Shown here piece after piece: positions 1 through 8,218 of a stretch of 33,577 nucleotides of DNA. The notes beneath the pieces were generated by a model. It was not told the DNA's origin. It did no database searches and saw only the letters and a list, made by a program, of their open reading frames with translations. Source of the stretch: a virus (lineage: Duplodnaviria > Caudoviricetes). Position 1 is the first letter of the stretch, and every line of letters begins with the position of its first letter. The stretch covers positions 1 to 33,577 of IMG/VR virus record IMGVR_UViG_3300042515_000605, one strand, 5' to 3'. The position numbers and the translations under genes were made by a program.

Positions 1-1121
1 CTACAATTTATAGCAATACAATAGTACAAGCATGAGTACATTAACAGCAAAAATACAATTAAGAAGAGATACATCTGCAAATTGGACTTCTAATAATCCA
101 ATATTGGCAGCTGGTGAAGTTGCATTTACAAGTGATGTATTTTACACCTCAACAGACCAACAGAGGTTTAAAATAGGAGATGGTGTTCAAACATGGTCGC
201 AATTAGATTATGTTCCTGAAGGTGGAGCAAGTGCTTATCCTGAAAATTTATTTTTAACAGTAGTTAATAAGACAGGAGATAATTTACTTGCAAGTGGGTA
301 TAAAGTTTTAAAAGTAATAACTGCACAGGGACAAAGATTAGCAGTTGATTATGCTTTAGCTGATAGTGATGCAAATAGTGCTGATACCATTGGAGTTGTT
401 TATGAAAATATAAATAACAATCAAGAGGGAAGAATAATAACAATTGGTGAAATAACAGGAATAAACACTACTGGCAGCATACAAGGTGAAACGTGGGCAG
501 ATGGGGATTCATTATTTCTTAGTGCTACTATTGAAGGAGGTATAACTAATATTAGACCAACTGCACCTAATCATGGAGTAAGATTAGGATATGTTGTTTA
601 CTCACATGTTAATCAAGGAAAAATTTATGTTAAGATTGATAACGGATATGAATTAGGCGAAATTCATGATATTTACGCACCAACACCAATAAATAATGAT
701 GGTATATTTTGGAGTTCAGGAACAACAAGATACGAGAATAAAAGCATTGCAACTGCATTAGGTTATACACCAGAAAACTCAGCTAATAAAGGAGTGGCAA
801 ATGGTTATGTGCCATTAGCAAGTGATGCAAAAATTGATGCTGCTTATTTACCAAGTTATGTAAGTGATATTCTTGAATATGCAAATTTAGCATCATTTCC
901 TGCGACTGGTCAAAGTGGAAAAATATATTTAGCTTTAGATACCAATAAAGTATATAGGTGGTCAGGTAGTGTTTATATTGAGGTCGCAGCAAATAGTGGT
1001 GTTTGGGGTGCAATAACAGGAACGATAACAAATCAAACTGATTTACAAACAGCATTAGATGCAAAAGTATCTATTTTACCTTTATATTTTGGATCTGCGC
1101 AAAACACTTTAAATCCAGCAG
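1..1121 (+). repeat. Terminal direct repeat, copy 1 (imperfect)
   Basis: Colinear with 32457-33577 at offset 32456 with no indels. Identical over 1-99 and 935-1048, diverged over 100-934. Confidence 0.97.
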
Positions 1122-1492
1122 ATTCGACAACATACTACTTTGCTAATACTTCAGGACCTTCAACGGGATTTATATCAAGATATATTCCAATTAGTTCGGC
1201 TCTTACAGTAATTGCATGTTCATTTGAAATATGGGTAAATAGCACTATCGGTTCATCTGAAAATTCTCAAATAGATTTATTAGTATATAATAGTTCAGAT
1301 GTTTTGCAATCAACTAATTCAATTAGTAATACTGTAAAATGGAATAATGCAAGTAAAACAAATAAATACTTTATTACAGGGTTAAATTATTCAATACCTG
1401 CAAATAGCTATATAGTATTAAGGTTAATAACACCAGCATGGGTAACTAATCCAACAGTAACTTGGGGAACATTTAATTTAAGTATAAAATGA
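32..1492 (+). CDS. Tail fibre / receptor-binding protein with Mtd-N / phage hyaluronidase-like N-terminal domain
   Basis: N-terminal motif IQLRRDTSANWTSNNPILAAGE...FKIGDG..TW..L.Y, the fibre linker WGAITGTITNQTDLQ.AL.AK, and a Ser/Thr-rich beta-type C-terminus. Confidence 0.8.
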   Translation: MSTLTAKIQLRRDTSANWTSNNPILAAGEVAFTSDVFYTSTDQQRFKIGDGVQTWSQLDYVPEGGASAYPENLFLTVVNKTGDNLLASGYKVLKVITAQGQRLAVDYALADSDANSADTIGVVYENINNNQEGRIITIGEITGINTTGSIQGETWADGDSLFLSATIEGGITNIRPTAPNHGVRLGYVVYSHVNQGKIYVKIDNGYELGEIHDIYAPTPINNDGIFWSSGTTRYENKSIATALGYTPENSANKGVANGYVPLASDAKIDAAYLPSYVSDILEYANLASFPATGQSGKIYLALDTNKVYRWSGSVYIEVAANSGVWGAITGTITNQTDLQTALDAKVSILPLYFGSAQNTLNPADSTTYYFANTSGPSTGFISRYIPISSALTVIACSFEIWVNSTIGSSENSQIDLLVYNSSDVLQSTNSISNTVKWNNASKTNKYFITGLNYSIPANSYIVLRLITPAWVTNPTVTWGTFNLSIK

Positions 1493-1638
1493 TGTTTGAA
1501 TATAAAATAAAATTAGAAAATGGTAAATACAATATTTACTATTTCATAAATGGTGTTATTGACACAGTAGAGTTCTATGGTTATTCACTAAATGACCCTC
1601 AATTAATCATTCGTTATGGTTACAAAGAAATAAAATAA
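1489..1638 (+). CDS. Small hypothetical protein (49 aa, MMFEYKIKLENG...), possible fibre chaperone
   Basis: ATGA overlap with the fibre stop codon. Translated by hand because it is below the track cutoff. Confidence 0.65.
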   Translation: MMFEYKIKLENGKYNIYYFINGVIDTVEFYGYSLNDPQLIIRYGYKEIK

Positions 1639-1647
1639 TGGTACTTT
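1620..1647 (+). promoter_or_regulatory. Putative phage late promoter TTACAA-N14-GGTACTTT
   Basis: The motif recurs before structural genes. ATG at 1662. Confidence 0.6.
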
Positions 1648-1661
1648 AAAAAATAAAAGAC

Positions 1662-1943
1662 ATGGCAAACGCATTAAGATTAACAGCTAATGGTGGCTGC
1701 GAGTACATTGATAACACAAACGCGAGAACTGGTAAAAAATATTATTGTTTTATCGTACAAGCTGATACAGTAGTAGGAACTTTAACAGGTGGATTTGCAC
1801 CTGATACAACAACTAACTATTTAACATCAATTGGATTAAGTGGTAAAACATTAAAACAAGGTGCTATCATTTACGCTCCTGGTGATGCGGTGTTTACCAA
1901 TCTGACATTAACAAGTGGTGCAATTATAGCTTACGCAGAATGA
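1662..1943 (+). CDS. Hypothetical virion protein
   Basis: 93 aa, Thr/Gly-rich and beta-type, lying between fibre genes. Confidence 0.6.
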   Translation: MANALRLTANGGCEYIDNTNARTGKKYYCFIVQADTVVGTLTGGFAPDTTTNYLTSIGLSGKTLKQGAIIYAPGDAVFTNLTLTSGAIIAYAE

Positions 1944-2740
1944 AGTTAAGTTTAGGGATAACTCCACGTGACTATTCTGCTGCAGGCGGTGTAACTTACG
2001 ATGCTGATGCTTTAGCTTATTTTACTGCTAACACTTCAATAACAAGTGCAGCAGATAAAAACGCTATTAATACCTTTTATTTAGGGCTTAAAAGCGATGG
2101 AATTTACACTAAAATGAAAGCAATGTATTTGCCTATATGGAGTTCGGCAAGTGCTAATAAATGGAATTTGTTTAATCCTTCAGACACTAATCTAGCTTTT
2201 AGGTTAAATTTTACTACGGGTTGGACTCATTCAAGTAATGGCATTCAGCCATTAAATGCCTATGCGGAAACTTTTTTAAAGCCAAATGTATCATTATTAC
2301 AAAATAGCGCACATATTTCTTTTTATTCGCAAACAAATAATGATACTGGCATTGATATGGGTATTAACTCAAATAGTGTTAATGGTAGATTATATATGTA
2401 TTTAAAACTAGGCGGTGCATTTGGTGGAAGGAATAATAATACAACAGCAGAACGAACAATATCTAATACAAATGGCTTAGGTCATTATATTAGCAATAGA
2501 ATTGATTCAACTAATGTTAAGTTGGTAAAAAATGGAACAACAACAAATGTAGCCTCAGCATCGAATGGTCTTGATAATTTAGAAATTTCAATAGGGGGAA
2601 TTTATAGTTCTACCTCTTATGTTTATGGCACAAAAAAATGCTCATTCGCTTCAATAGGAGATGGCTTAACAGATACAGAATCAAGTAACTTTTACAGTAG
2701 AGTAAATACATTAATGACTTATTTCGGAATAAACGTATAA
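1940..2740 (+). CDS. Second fibre/spike protein, putative lectin (ConA-like) domain
   Basis: YDADALAYF...AINTFYLGLKSDGIY N-terminus, an Asn/Ser/Thr-rich body, and a SIGDGLTDTE C-terminus. Confidence 0.55.
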   Translation: MKLSLGITPRDYSAAGGVTYDADALAYFTANTSITSAADKNAINTFYLGLKSDGIYTKMKAMYLPIWSSASANKWNLFNPSDTNLAFRLNFTTGWTHSSNGIQPLNAYAETFLKPNVSLLQNSAHISFYSQTNNDTGIDMGINSNSVNGRLYMYLKLGGAFGGRNNNTTAERTISNTNGLGHYISNRIDSTNVKLVKNGTTTNVASASNGLDNLEISIGGIYSSTSYVYGTKKCSFASIGDGLTDTESSNFYSRVNTLMTYFGINV

Positions 2741-2742
2741 CT

Positions 2743-2961
2743 ATGGAAGGCAGAATAGTAACAACAGAACAAGCAACACAACTACAAGGAGTATTTATTG
2801 ATGAAGATACTTTTTTTAATTTTGTTCAGGACATTAACGGAATATATTTTTTATTTTTAAGTGAACAGGATGAGGTTGATATAGCACAAACGGAATACGC
2901 TCCTTTGTTGCAAATACCTTTAAGTCCTTATGTAGCACCACCAACACCACCAATACAATGA
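2743..2961 (+). CDS. Small acidic protein, probable fibre-associated chaperone
   Basis: Directly follows the fibre gene. FNFVQDING motif and a Pro-rich end. Confidence 0.5.
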   Translation: MEGRIVTTEQATQLQGVFIDEDTFFNFVQDINGIYFLFLSEQDEVDIAQTEYAPLLQIPLSPYVAPPTPPIQ

Positions 2962-3161
2962 AAGAGGCATTAGAACTAATTAAGAAACATGGCGCAACTG
3001 CTGTTTTAGTATTGTGGCTATGGCACACTCATACTCGAGTAGAGCATTTAGAAGCTAAGTTGTATAATTGTTTAGAACGTGAAAGACTTGAACAGTTATA
3101 TAGTAAACCAAACGAAGCTGTACTACCTAAACCAATAGAAGATGAAACTAAAAGTAGTTAG
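2958..3161 (+). CDS. Putative holin-like membrane protein
   Basis: One hydrophobic segment (GATAVLVLWLW) and overlap with the lysin start. Confidence 0.5.
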   Translation: MKEALELIKKHGATAVLVLWLWHTHTRVEHLEAKLYNCLERERLEQLYSKPNEAVLPKPIEDETKSS

Positions 3162-3567
3162 GGAAACTAAAAACGATGTTTGCACAATTGGTAGTTTATT
3201 TATCAATGATGTTTTCTTTTGTTATACCTTAGAAGATAAGGACAGAGGATTAAAACAAAGTGATTCTTTACTTTTCATTCAAGCTAAAAAAATTTTCGGT
3301 TTGACTGCTATTCCTTCAGGCTTCTATAAGCTAACAGTTAATCAAAGTCCGAAGTTTAAAAGGATGTTACCACGTATCTTAGATATAAAAGGTTTTGATG
3401 GGGTTCTTTTGCACAGAGGTAACTCAGCAAACGATTCACTCGGATGTATTCTTATTGGCTATAAAAAAGGTGAAAACTCAATATTTGAAAGCACAAAAGC
3501 TGAGACTGACTTAGTAAACAGGTTGTTGTTACATAATAACGAAGTTCATTCAATAGAAATAGTATAA
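3142..3567 (+). CDS. DUF5675-type putative endolysin (L,D-peptidase-like)
   Basis: Motifs TIGSL..CYTLED, TAIPSGFY and VLLHRGNSANDSLGCILIG (His/Cys). Confidence 0.8.
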   Translation: MKLKVVRETKNDVCTIGSLFINDVFFCYTLEDKDRGLKQSDSLLFIQAKKIFGLTAIPSGFYKLTVNQSPKFKRMLPRILDIKGFDGVLLHRGNSANDSLGCILIGYKKGENSIFESTKAETDLVNRLLLHNNEVHSIEIV

Positions 3568-3569
3568 GC

Positions 3570-3595
3570 AAAAAAGCACCTTACGGGGTGCTTTT
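3570..3595 (+). terminator. Intrinsic terminator, possibly bidirectional
   Basis: AAAAGCACCT-TACG-GGGTGCTTTT just after the lysin stop. Confidence 0.8.
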
Positions 3596-3667
3596 AAGTG
3601 TTAGAAATTTTTATGAAAAAACACAAAGAACGAAGAGCAAAATTAAACAATTTAAAACAATATACAA

Positions 3668-3874
3668 ATGTTATTACAATTAGTAAATGATACACTAACA
3701 ACAGTAGTTAGTGAAGTAGTTAATACAGCGGTTGCTGTTCATGAAGTAACTGGTGGTGGATCTTTCATTAGTGGGGTTGATAATTCAGTTGTCGGATCAA
3801 TAGTTACTTTATTAGTAGCTGCTATTATTCGCCATTTTGAAAAGAAAAAAATTAAAAAGAGAGCGAATAAGTAG
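3668..3874 (+). CDS. Small membrane protein (holin/spanin-like accessory)
   Basis: Hydrophobic VVGSIVTLLVAAII followed by a basic tail. Confidence 0.5.
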   Translation: MLLQLVNDTLTTVVSEVVNTAVAVHEVTGGGSFISGVDNSVVGSIVTLLVAAIIRHFEKKKIKKRANK

Positions 3875-3904
3875 TAAAATTTTCTTATTGATTTTCAATT
3901 AGTT

Positions 3905-3937
3905 AGCAATTATTTTAAAAAATAGTTGCTTTTTTTT
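3905..3937 (+). terminator. Intrinsic terminator ending the late region
   Basis: AGCAATTATTTT/AAAATAGTTGCT hairpin followed by a T run. Confidence 0.6.
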
Positions 3938-3970
3938 ATCTATGAATGTTAAAGTGATTGAAATTTAGTT

Positions 3971-3979
3971 TAAATTTGC
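3971..3979 (+). promoter_or_regulatory. Bacteroidota primary-sigma -7 element (TAAATTTGC), early promoter
   Basis: Matches TAnnTTTG in the intergenic region before the first early gene. Confidence 0.7.
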
Positions 3980-3984
3980 TTTAT

Positions 3985-4007
3985 AATTAAAAACACAAAC
4001 AATGAAA
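3985..4007 (+). repeat. 23-nt direct repeat AATTAAAAACACAAACAATGAAA (second copy 4288-4310)
   Basis: Exact duplication covering the start codons at 4002 and 4305. Confidence 0.9.
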
Positions 4008-4250
4008 GTAACAGATTTAAAAGAAGTAATAATTCCACAGGTAGGAGTTATATATTCTGCAAAAGAAGAGAATGTAGAAGTATATGGTTCTGATATTTTA
4101 GGATGGAAAGTATGGGTTACTATTGGATATCGTTCATCTATGATTAACCCTAACGGAAAAAAATATGCAAATAAAGAAATAGCAATAGCAAAAGCAAATC
4201 ATTATTTAAAAAATCCATCTATTTATTCAAAACAAATATTATCTAATTAA
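4002..4250 (+). CDS. Hypothetical early protein
   Basis: 82-aa ORF with an A-rich leader. Confidence 0.75.
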   Translation: MKVTDLKEVIIPQVGVIYSAKEENVEVYGSDILGWKVWVTIGYRSSMINPNGKKYANKEIAIAKANHYLKNPSIYSKQILSN

Positions 4251-4304
4251 TAACAAAAAGGGGAGCAGCATCCTACACTGCATAAACAATTAAAAACACA
4301 AACA

Positions 4305-4550
4305 ATGAAAATCACAATTGAAAGAAAAGAAAAAGTAGTAGTAGAGGTACAATTACCTTACTTCTCAAAAAACCACTACCATTATTACATGGTAGAAGAA
4401 AGTAGAACAACTGTTTTATTTTTCGGAGAAAATGAATCCTCAATCACAGTTACTCAACACATGATGCAATACCCATGCAGCTATGAGAAAATAGAAGAGA
4501 AAGAATTTAACGAAGTATTTAATATAATTAAAAAACAGATTTATGAATAA
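4305..4550 (+). CDS. Hypothetical early protein
   Basis: 81-aa ORF coupled to the next gene. Confidence 0.75.
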   Translation: MKITIERKEKVVVEVQLPYFSKNHYHYYMVEESRTTVLFFGENESSITVTQHMMQYPCSYEKIEEKEFNEVFNIIKKQIYE

Positions 4551-4854
4551 TATTAATCAAATAGAACTCAATAATAACCTTGAGTATTGGTACGGGTTTA
4601 TAGATGCTAACTTAGTTCACTACAACAGAATCAATATAAGTAATGTTAGCTTAGACAATACAACAATGGAAATGTTCATCACAGATACTGAAACACACTT
4701 TTGCTTTGACTTTTATAAGAAAGGTCAGGTTGTAGGTAAACATAAAATCTTCATAGGAAATAACCAATTAGAATTTGACTGGAACTTACAATTCAGTCAG
4801 GAACTAATTAAAATGTTTAAATCAATAGATATTAAAAACCAAATAGCAATATGA
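4543..4854 (+). CDS. Hypothetical early protein
   Basis: 103-aa ORF overlapping both neighbours. Confidence 0.75.
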   Translation: MNNINQIELNNNLEYWYGFIDANLVHYNRINISNVSLDNTTMEMFITDTETHFCFDFYKKGQVVGKHKIFIGNNQLEFDWNLQFSQELIKMFKSIDIKNQIAI

Positions 4855-5060
4855 AAATACCCGAAACTATCAAAACAAAAATGAGTGATTACTACACATT
4901 TGGTGACCACACGAAAATTAAAAGATTAGGCATACAAAAGAAAAAGCCATTCAGCTTAGTAACCATTGGCAAGGCTTTTAAAGAGGGTGAATGCCATGAT
5001 GACTTACTCGACTTAATAGATGAATTTTATAACTTAAAAATTAAAAAGTATGGAAAATAA
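4851..5060 (+). CDS. Hypothetical protein, possibly small DNA-binding
   Basis: 69 aa and basic, with a helix-turn-helix-like segment FSLVTIGKAFKEG. Confidence 0.6.
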   Translation: MKIPETIKTKMSDYYTFGDHTKIKRLGIQKKKPFSLVTIGKAFKEGECHDDLLDLIDEFYNLKIKKYGK

Positions 5061-5274
5061 ATTTTATTCAGATGGCTTAACTAAAAGAAGTTTACAAGCC
5101 CTAAATGATATTCAAAGAATTGAATCAGAGCTTTACGATACGGCAGAAAGATTAGGTGAAGTACAAAGAGCAGAACTTTACGACCAAAATTTAACGGAAA
5201 AGTACTATCTACTTCAAAATCAATTAGAAACAATTACAGATAATTTTCTAAATTATAATTCAGTTAAAATTTAA
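5050..5274 (+). CDS. Hypothetical coiled-coil protein
   Basis: 74 aa with a heptad-like Leu pattern. Confidence 0.7.
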   Translation: MENKFYSDGLTKRSLQALNDIQRIESELYDTAERLGEVQRAELYDQNLTEKYYLLQNQLETITDNFLNYNSVKI

Positions 5275-5278
5275 TTAT

Positions 5279-5287
5279 TAAATTTGC
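5279..5287 (+). promoter_or_regulatory. Bacteroidota -7 element (TAAATTTGC)
   Basis: Intergenic TAnnTTTG ending 4 nt before ATG 5291. Confidence 0.55.
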
Positions 5288-5290
5288 AAT

Positions 5291-5536
5291 ATGAAAACAC
5301 AAGAACAAGCAATCCTCGATGCCTTATTAGGTGGGCAAGTGATAACAGGCTCAAATGCCTATCAGATCACTAAAAAAGAATGTGCCTGTGGCACACTTAA
5401 CCTTCACAAAGTTTTAGCTAAGATTAGAGATAAAGGTTATACCATTAATGAGCAATGGTGCATCAACTCTAAAAGCAATACACGATTCAAAGAATTTACA
5501 ATAACTAATAAAAAACAAAAGAAAAATGGAAACTAA
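5291..5536 (+). CDS. Winged helix-turn-helix protein
   Basis: Pattern Q..ILDALL.G..IT...A.....NL...LAKIRDKGYTI...W. Confidence 0.7.
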   Translation: MKTQEQAILDALLGGQVITGSNAYQITKKECACGTLNLHKVLAKIRDKGYTINEQWCINSKSNTRFKEFTITNKKQKKNGN

Positions 5537-5792
5537 ACTAAACAGCGGAGCAATCTTCAAGAACTCTAAAAAGACAAATGAAAAACAACCTGACTATCAA
5601 GGAACTGTTAATGTGAACGGAAAAGAAATGCAAATCTCTTTATGGTTTAAAGAAAGCCAAAAAGGTACAAAGTACTTCAGTGCTGCATTCCAAGAGCCAT
5701 TTAAAAAAGAAAATCAGGTAATGACTAAGCCAAATAGTTATGATACACACCAAGAATTTAGAATAGATAGTAAAGATGATTTACTATTTTAA
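5526..5792 (+). CDS. DUF736-like putative ssDNA-binding protein
   Basis: SGAIFKN..K..EKQPDYQG...ISLW.KES.KG.KYFS, with an acidic DDLLF tail typical of SSBs. Confidence 0.7.
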   Translation: METKLNSGAIFKNSKKTNEKQPDYQGTVNVNGKEMQISLWFKESQKGTKYFSAAFQEPFKKENQVMTKPNSYDTHQEFRIDSKDDLLF

Positions 5793-5804
5793 AAATTAAT
5801 AATT

Positions 5805-6350
5805 ATGAAAACCAAAGAACAAACAAACGAAACAAAATCACTATTTAAAAGCTTAGCAGCATTCCAACAAGAAGTGCCAGTGATTCACAAAGGAACAACA
5901 GGTTATGGATATTCCTATGCAGACCTTCCAACTATCTTTAATGTTATCAATCCATTATTAGCAAAGCATGAACTTGGCTTTACTCAACCTATTATGGGCG
6001 ATTGTGTTAAAACAATTATATTCCATGTTGAAACAGGGGAAACTATTGAATCCTTAACTGATATTCCTAAAGGTGTGCAATTAAAAGGCATGAATGATTT
6101 TCAAGTTTTAGGTAGTGCCATTACTTACATTCGTAGATATGCTTTAAGTTCAATTTTAGGCTTAGTTACCGACAAAGATACTGATGCAGCAGGTGAGCAA
6201 ACAAAGAGCAGTAAACCACAATTAGAAGTAAAATCAGAGGCATTCGGTAAAGCTGTTGAGTTTATAATGAAAGGTGGAAGCTTAGAGCAAATCAAAACTA
6301 AATACGAAATAAGTAAGGAAGTAGAAATTGCACTTATAAAATCAATATAA
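5805..6350 (+). CDS. erf: Erf-family single-strand annealing recombinase
   Basis: Motifs GYGYSYADL and GSAITYIRRYALSSILGL..DKDTDA. Confidence 0.9.
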   Translation: MKTKEQTNETKSLFKSLAAFQQEVPVIHKGTTGYGYSYADLPTIFNVINPLLAKHELGFTQPIMGDCVKTIIFHVETGETIESLTDIPKGVQLKGMNDFQVLGSAITYIRRYALSSILGLVTDKDTDAAGEQTKSSKPQLEVKSEAFGKAVEFIMKGGSLEQIKTKYEISKEVEIALIKSI

Positions 6351-6511
6351 TGGAAAATAAAATAATTGAAAATGATATTAAAATGAAAGAAATGGCTGAT
6401 AAATATAAAGATGAATATTTTGAATTATTTGGAAGTTTAATCTTAAATGGTTACGATATTCAAAGTGCTATTGACTTTTGTTATAATAAATTAATATTAA
6501 ATGTTAAATAA
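6350..6511 (+). CDS. Small hypothetical protein (53 aa, MENKIIENDIK...)
   Basis: TAATG coupling to the erf stop. Fills the gap before the exonuclease. Confidence 0.65.
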   Translation: MENKIIENDIKMKEMADKYKDEYFELFGSLILNGYDIQSAIDFCYNKLILNVK

Positions 6512-6512
6512 A

Positions 6513-7160
6513 ATGGAAAGCACAATAGAAATATACTCACCTACGTGGTGGGAAAACAGATTAGGTAATTTCACCGGAAGTGAAATCCATCGCCTTATGA
6601 CTGAGCCAAGAGCTAAAAAAGACTTACTAAGCAAAGGTGCAGAAACTTACATTCGTGAGAAAGTTTACGAAAGGTTAAGCGGACAACCTAAGCAAAGTAT
6701 AGATAACTATGCTACTGCATGGGGACACGAAAATGAGCCAATAGCAAAGAGATATTATACTGCAAGGACTGGTAATGAGGTAATCGAATCAAAGTTGCTT
6801 ATAAGCGAAAATATCGAAGGATTAACAGGTAGTCCTGATGGCTTAGTAGGTGAGGAAGGAATGATTGAAATTAAATGCCCATTTATTGGTTCTAATCATT
6901 TAAACTTTTTCTTTAATGAAGAAACTTTTGAAAGTGAGAATAATGATTACTACTATCAAATGCAATGCTATCTTTTATTATCTGGTCGTAAGTGGTGTGA
7001 CTTTATTTCTTTTGACCCTCGTTTAATTCTTAACTCCGATGCTGGTTTATACATTCGAAGATGGGAAGCTAATGAAGAAGTACAGGAACGAATGATTGAA
7101 AAGGTAACTATTGCAAGGGATTTATTTAACCAATATTTAGATGCGTTCAATAAAAAATAA
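6513..7160 (+). CDS. YqaJ / lambda-exonuclease family PD-(D/E)xK nuclease
   Basis: Motifs W...RLG.FTGS, WGHENEP.A, GSPDGLV, IEIKCP and YYYQMQ. I prefer the start at 6513. Confidence 0.92.
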   Translation: MESTIEIYSPTWWENRLGNFTGSEIHRLMTEPRAKKDLLSKGAETYIREKVYERLSGQPKQSIDNYATAWGHENEPIAKRYYTARTGNEVIESKLLISENIEGLTGSPDGLVGEEGMIEIKCPFIGSNHLNFFFNEETFESENNDYYYQMQCYLLLSGRKWCDFISFDPRLILNSDAGLYIRRWEANEEVQERMIEKVTIARDLFNQYLDAFNKK

Positions 7161-7668
7161 AAAATGCAAGGAGTGCGGTGGAAACTTCACTCCTTTTAAA
7201 ACCACTCAAGTAGTTTGTGGTGCTAAATGTGCTACTAAGTTAGCTGAAGCGAAGGTGTGGAAAGAGAAAAAGAAAGTAATGATTGAGAATACTCGGACCA
7301 GAACAGAATGGTTAGCTTTACTTCAAATAGTCTTTAACAAGTATATTCGTTTAAGGGATGCTAATAAACCATGTATTTCATGCGATAGACCATTAACAAG
7401 TAAATTTGATGCTGGACATTTCTTTTCAGTAGGTCGTTATCCTAACTTACGATTTTGCGAAGATAACGTACATGGGCAATGCGTTCATTGTAACCAACAT
7501 CTGCATGGTAACCACTTAGAATATAACGAAAGAATACAGCACAGAATAAGCGCATTTAACTACGTTGTATTGATGAATAAAAGGAATGATGACCTCAAAC
7601 TAACATTGGATGAAATAAAAGAATTAATTAAAGTTTATAAAATAAAAATCAAAGAACATGGAAAATAA
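7141..7668 (+). CDS. ninG: NinG/Rap-family recombination endonuclease
   Basis: N-terminal CxxC motifs, FNKYIRLRD..PCISC...DAGHF, and NVHGQCVHCN. Confidence 0.9.
   Translation: MRSIKNKKCKECGGNFTPFKTTQVVCGAKCATKLAEAKVWKEKKKVMIENTRTRTEWLALLQIVFNKYIRLRDANKPCISCDRPLTSKFDAGHFFSVGRYPNLRFCEDNVHGQCVHCNQHLHGNHLEYNERIQHRISAFNYVVLMNKRNDDLKLTLDEIKELIKVYKIKIKEHGK
7647..7665 (+). repeat. 19-nt direct repeat AATCAAAGAACATGGAAAA (second copy 7804-7822)
   Basis: Exact duplication covering the start codons at 7658 and 7815. Confidence 0.9.
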
Positions 7669-7837
7669 AGAAAAATTAATTGAAATCGTTTACAACTATT
7701 TATGTTATGATTTAAAATCAGACAACAGATGGCACGACCCGAGTTCAAAAAATGAACATTGGTTAAATGTAAAAAAGGATGCTGAAAATATTGTTAACTT
7801 AATAATCAAAGAACATGGAAAAACAACTAACGAATGA
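7658..7837 (+). CDS. Small hypothetical protein (59 aa, MENKEKLIEIV...)
   Basis: Hand-translated ORF between the 19-nt repeats, overlapping both neighbours. Confidence 0.7.
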   Translation: MENKEKLIEIVYNYLCYDLKSDNRWHDPSSKNEHWLNVKKDAENIVNLIIKEHGKTTNE

Positions 7838-8096
7838 TGAAGCTAAACTTGAATTTGAAAGCCATTTATTAATTGGTTTATTTAAGTCAACAGTTGAGCA
7901 GTCAACACAATTAACAGGTAAATTTAAACAGAAGATGAAAGCTGATTTTAACCTTTGGCAAAGACAAGGTTTTAAAATAGTTGAAGAACTTGAAAAAAGG
8001 AATATAACAGATGTTGAATACTTGGATAAAATCGGGGATATTTACCACACTATGAACTCAAATATGAGAGAAGAATTTTACAAAGGATTGGAATAA
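7815..8096 (+). CDS. Hypothetical protein
   Basis: 93-aa ORF. Confidence 0.75.
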   Translation: MEKQLTNDEAKLEFESHLLIGLFKSTVEQSTQLTGKFKQKMKADFNLWQRQGFKIVEELEKRNITDVEYLDKIGDIYHTMNSNMREEFYKGLE

Positions 8097-8119
8097 TTGA
8101 AAAACTTTTTGTATATTTG
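8088..8119 (+). promoter_or_regulatory. Bacteroidota primary-sigma promoter TTG-N21-TATATTTG
   Basis: Both elements at canonical spacing upstream of the replication operon. Confidence 0.75.
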
Positions 8120-8125
8120 TACCCG

Positions 8126-8218
8126 ATGAGTAACGGCATCAATAATAATAATATTTTAATCCCTTTGGTGAGTAGAGCCCGTTACCTCGAAAGCCGAAGG
8201 GTTTTTTATTTTATATAA
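8126..8218 (+). promoter_or_regulatory. Structured leader / attenuator with a 30-codon uORF
   Basis: Terminator stem CCCTTTGGT (8161-8169) / GCCGAAGGG (8193-8201) plus T6, and an alternative pairing of 8128-8136 with 8179-8188. Confidence 0.6.

Noticed and set aside
32-1121. Diversity-generating retroelement (Mtd-like N-terminus plus two variant copies)
   Set aside because: No reverse transcriptase is present. Differences involve all four bases, are largely synonymous or conservative, and span about 835 nt of the N-terminal and middle part of the gene rather than an adenine-specific C-terminal variable repeat.
3884-3904. att site or IHF-like site (ATTGATTTTCAATTAGTTA)
   Set aside because: No integrase is present, and a degenerate AT-rich match like this is expected by chance.
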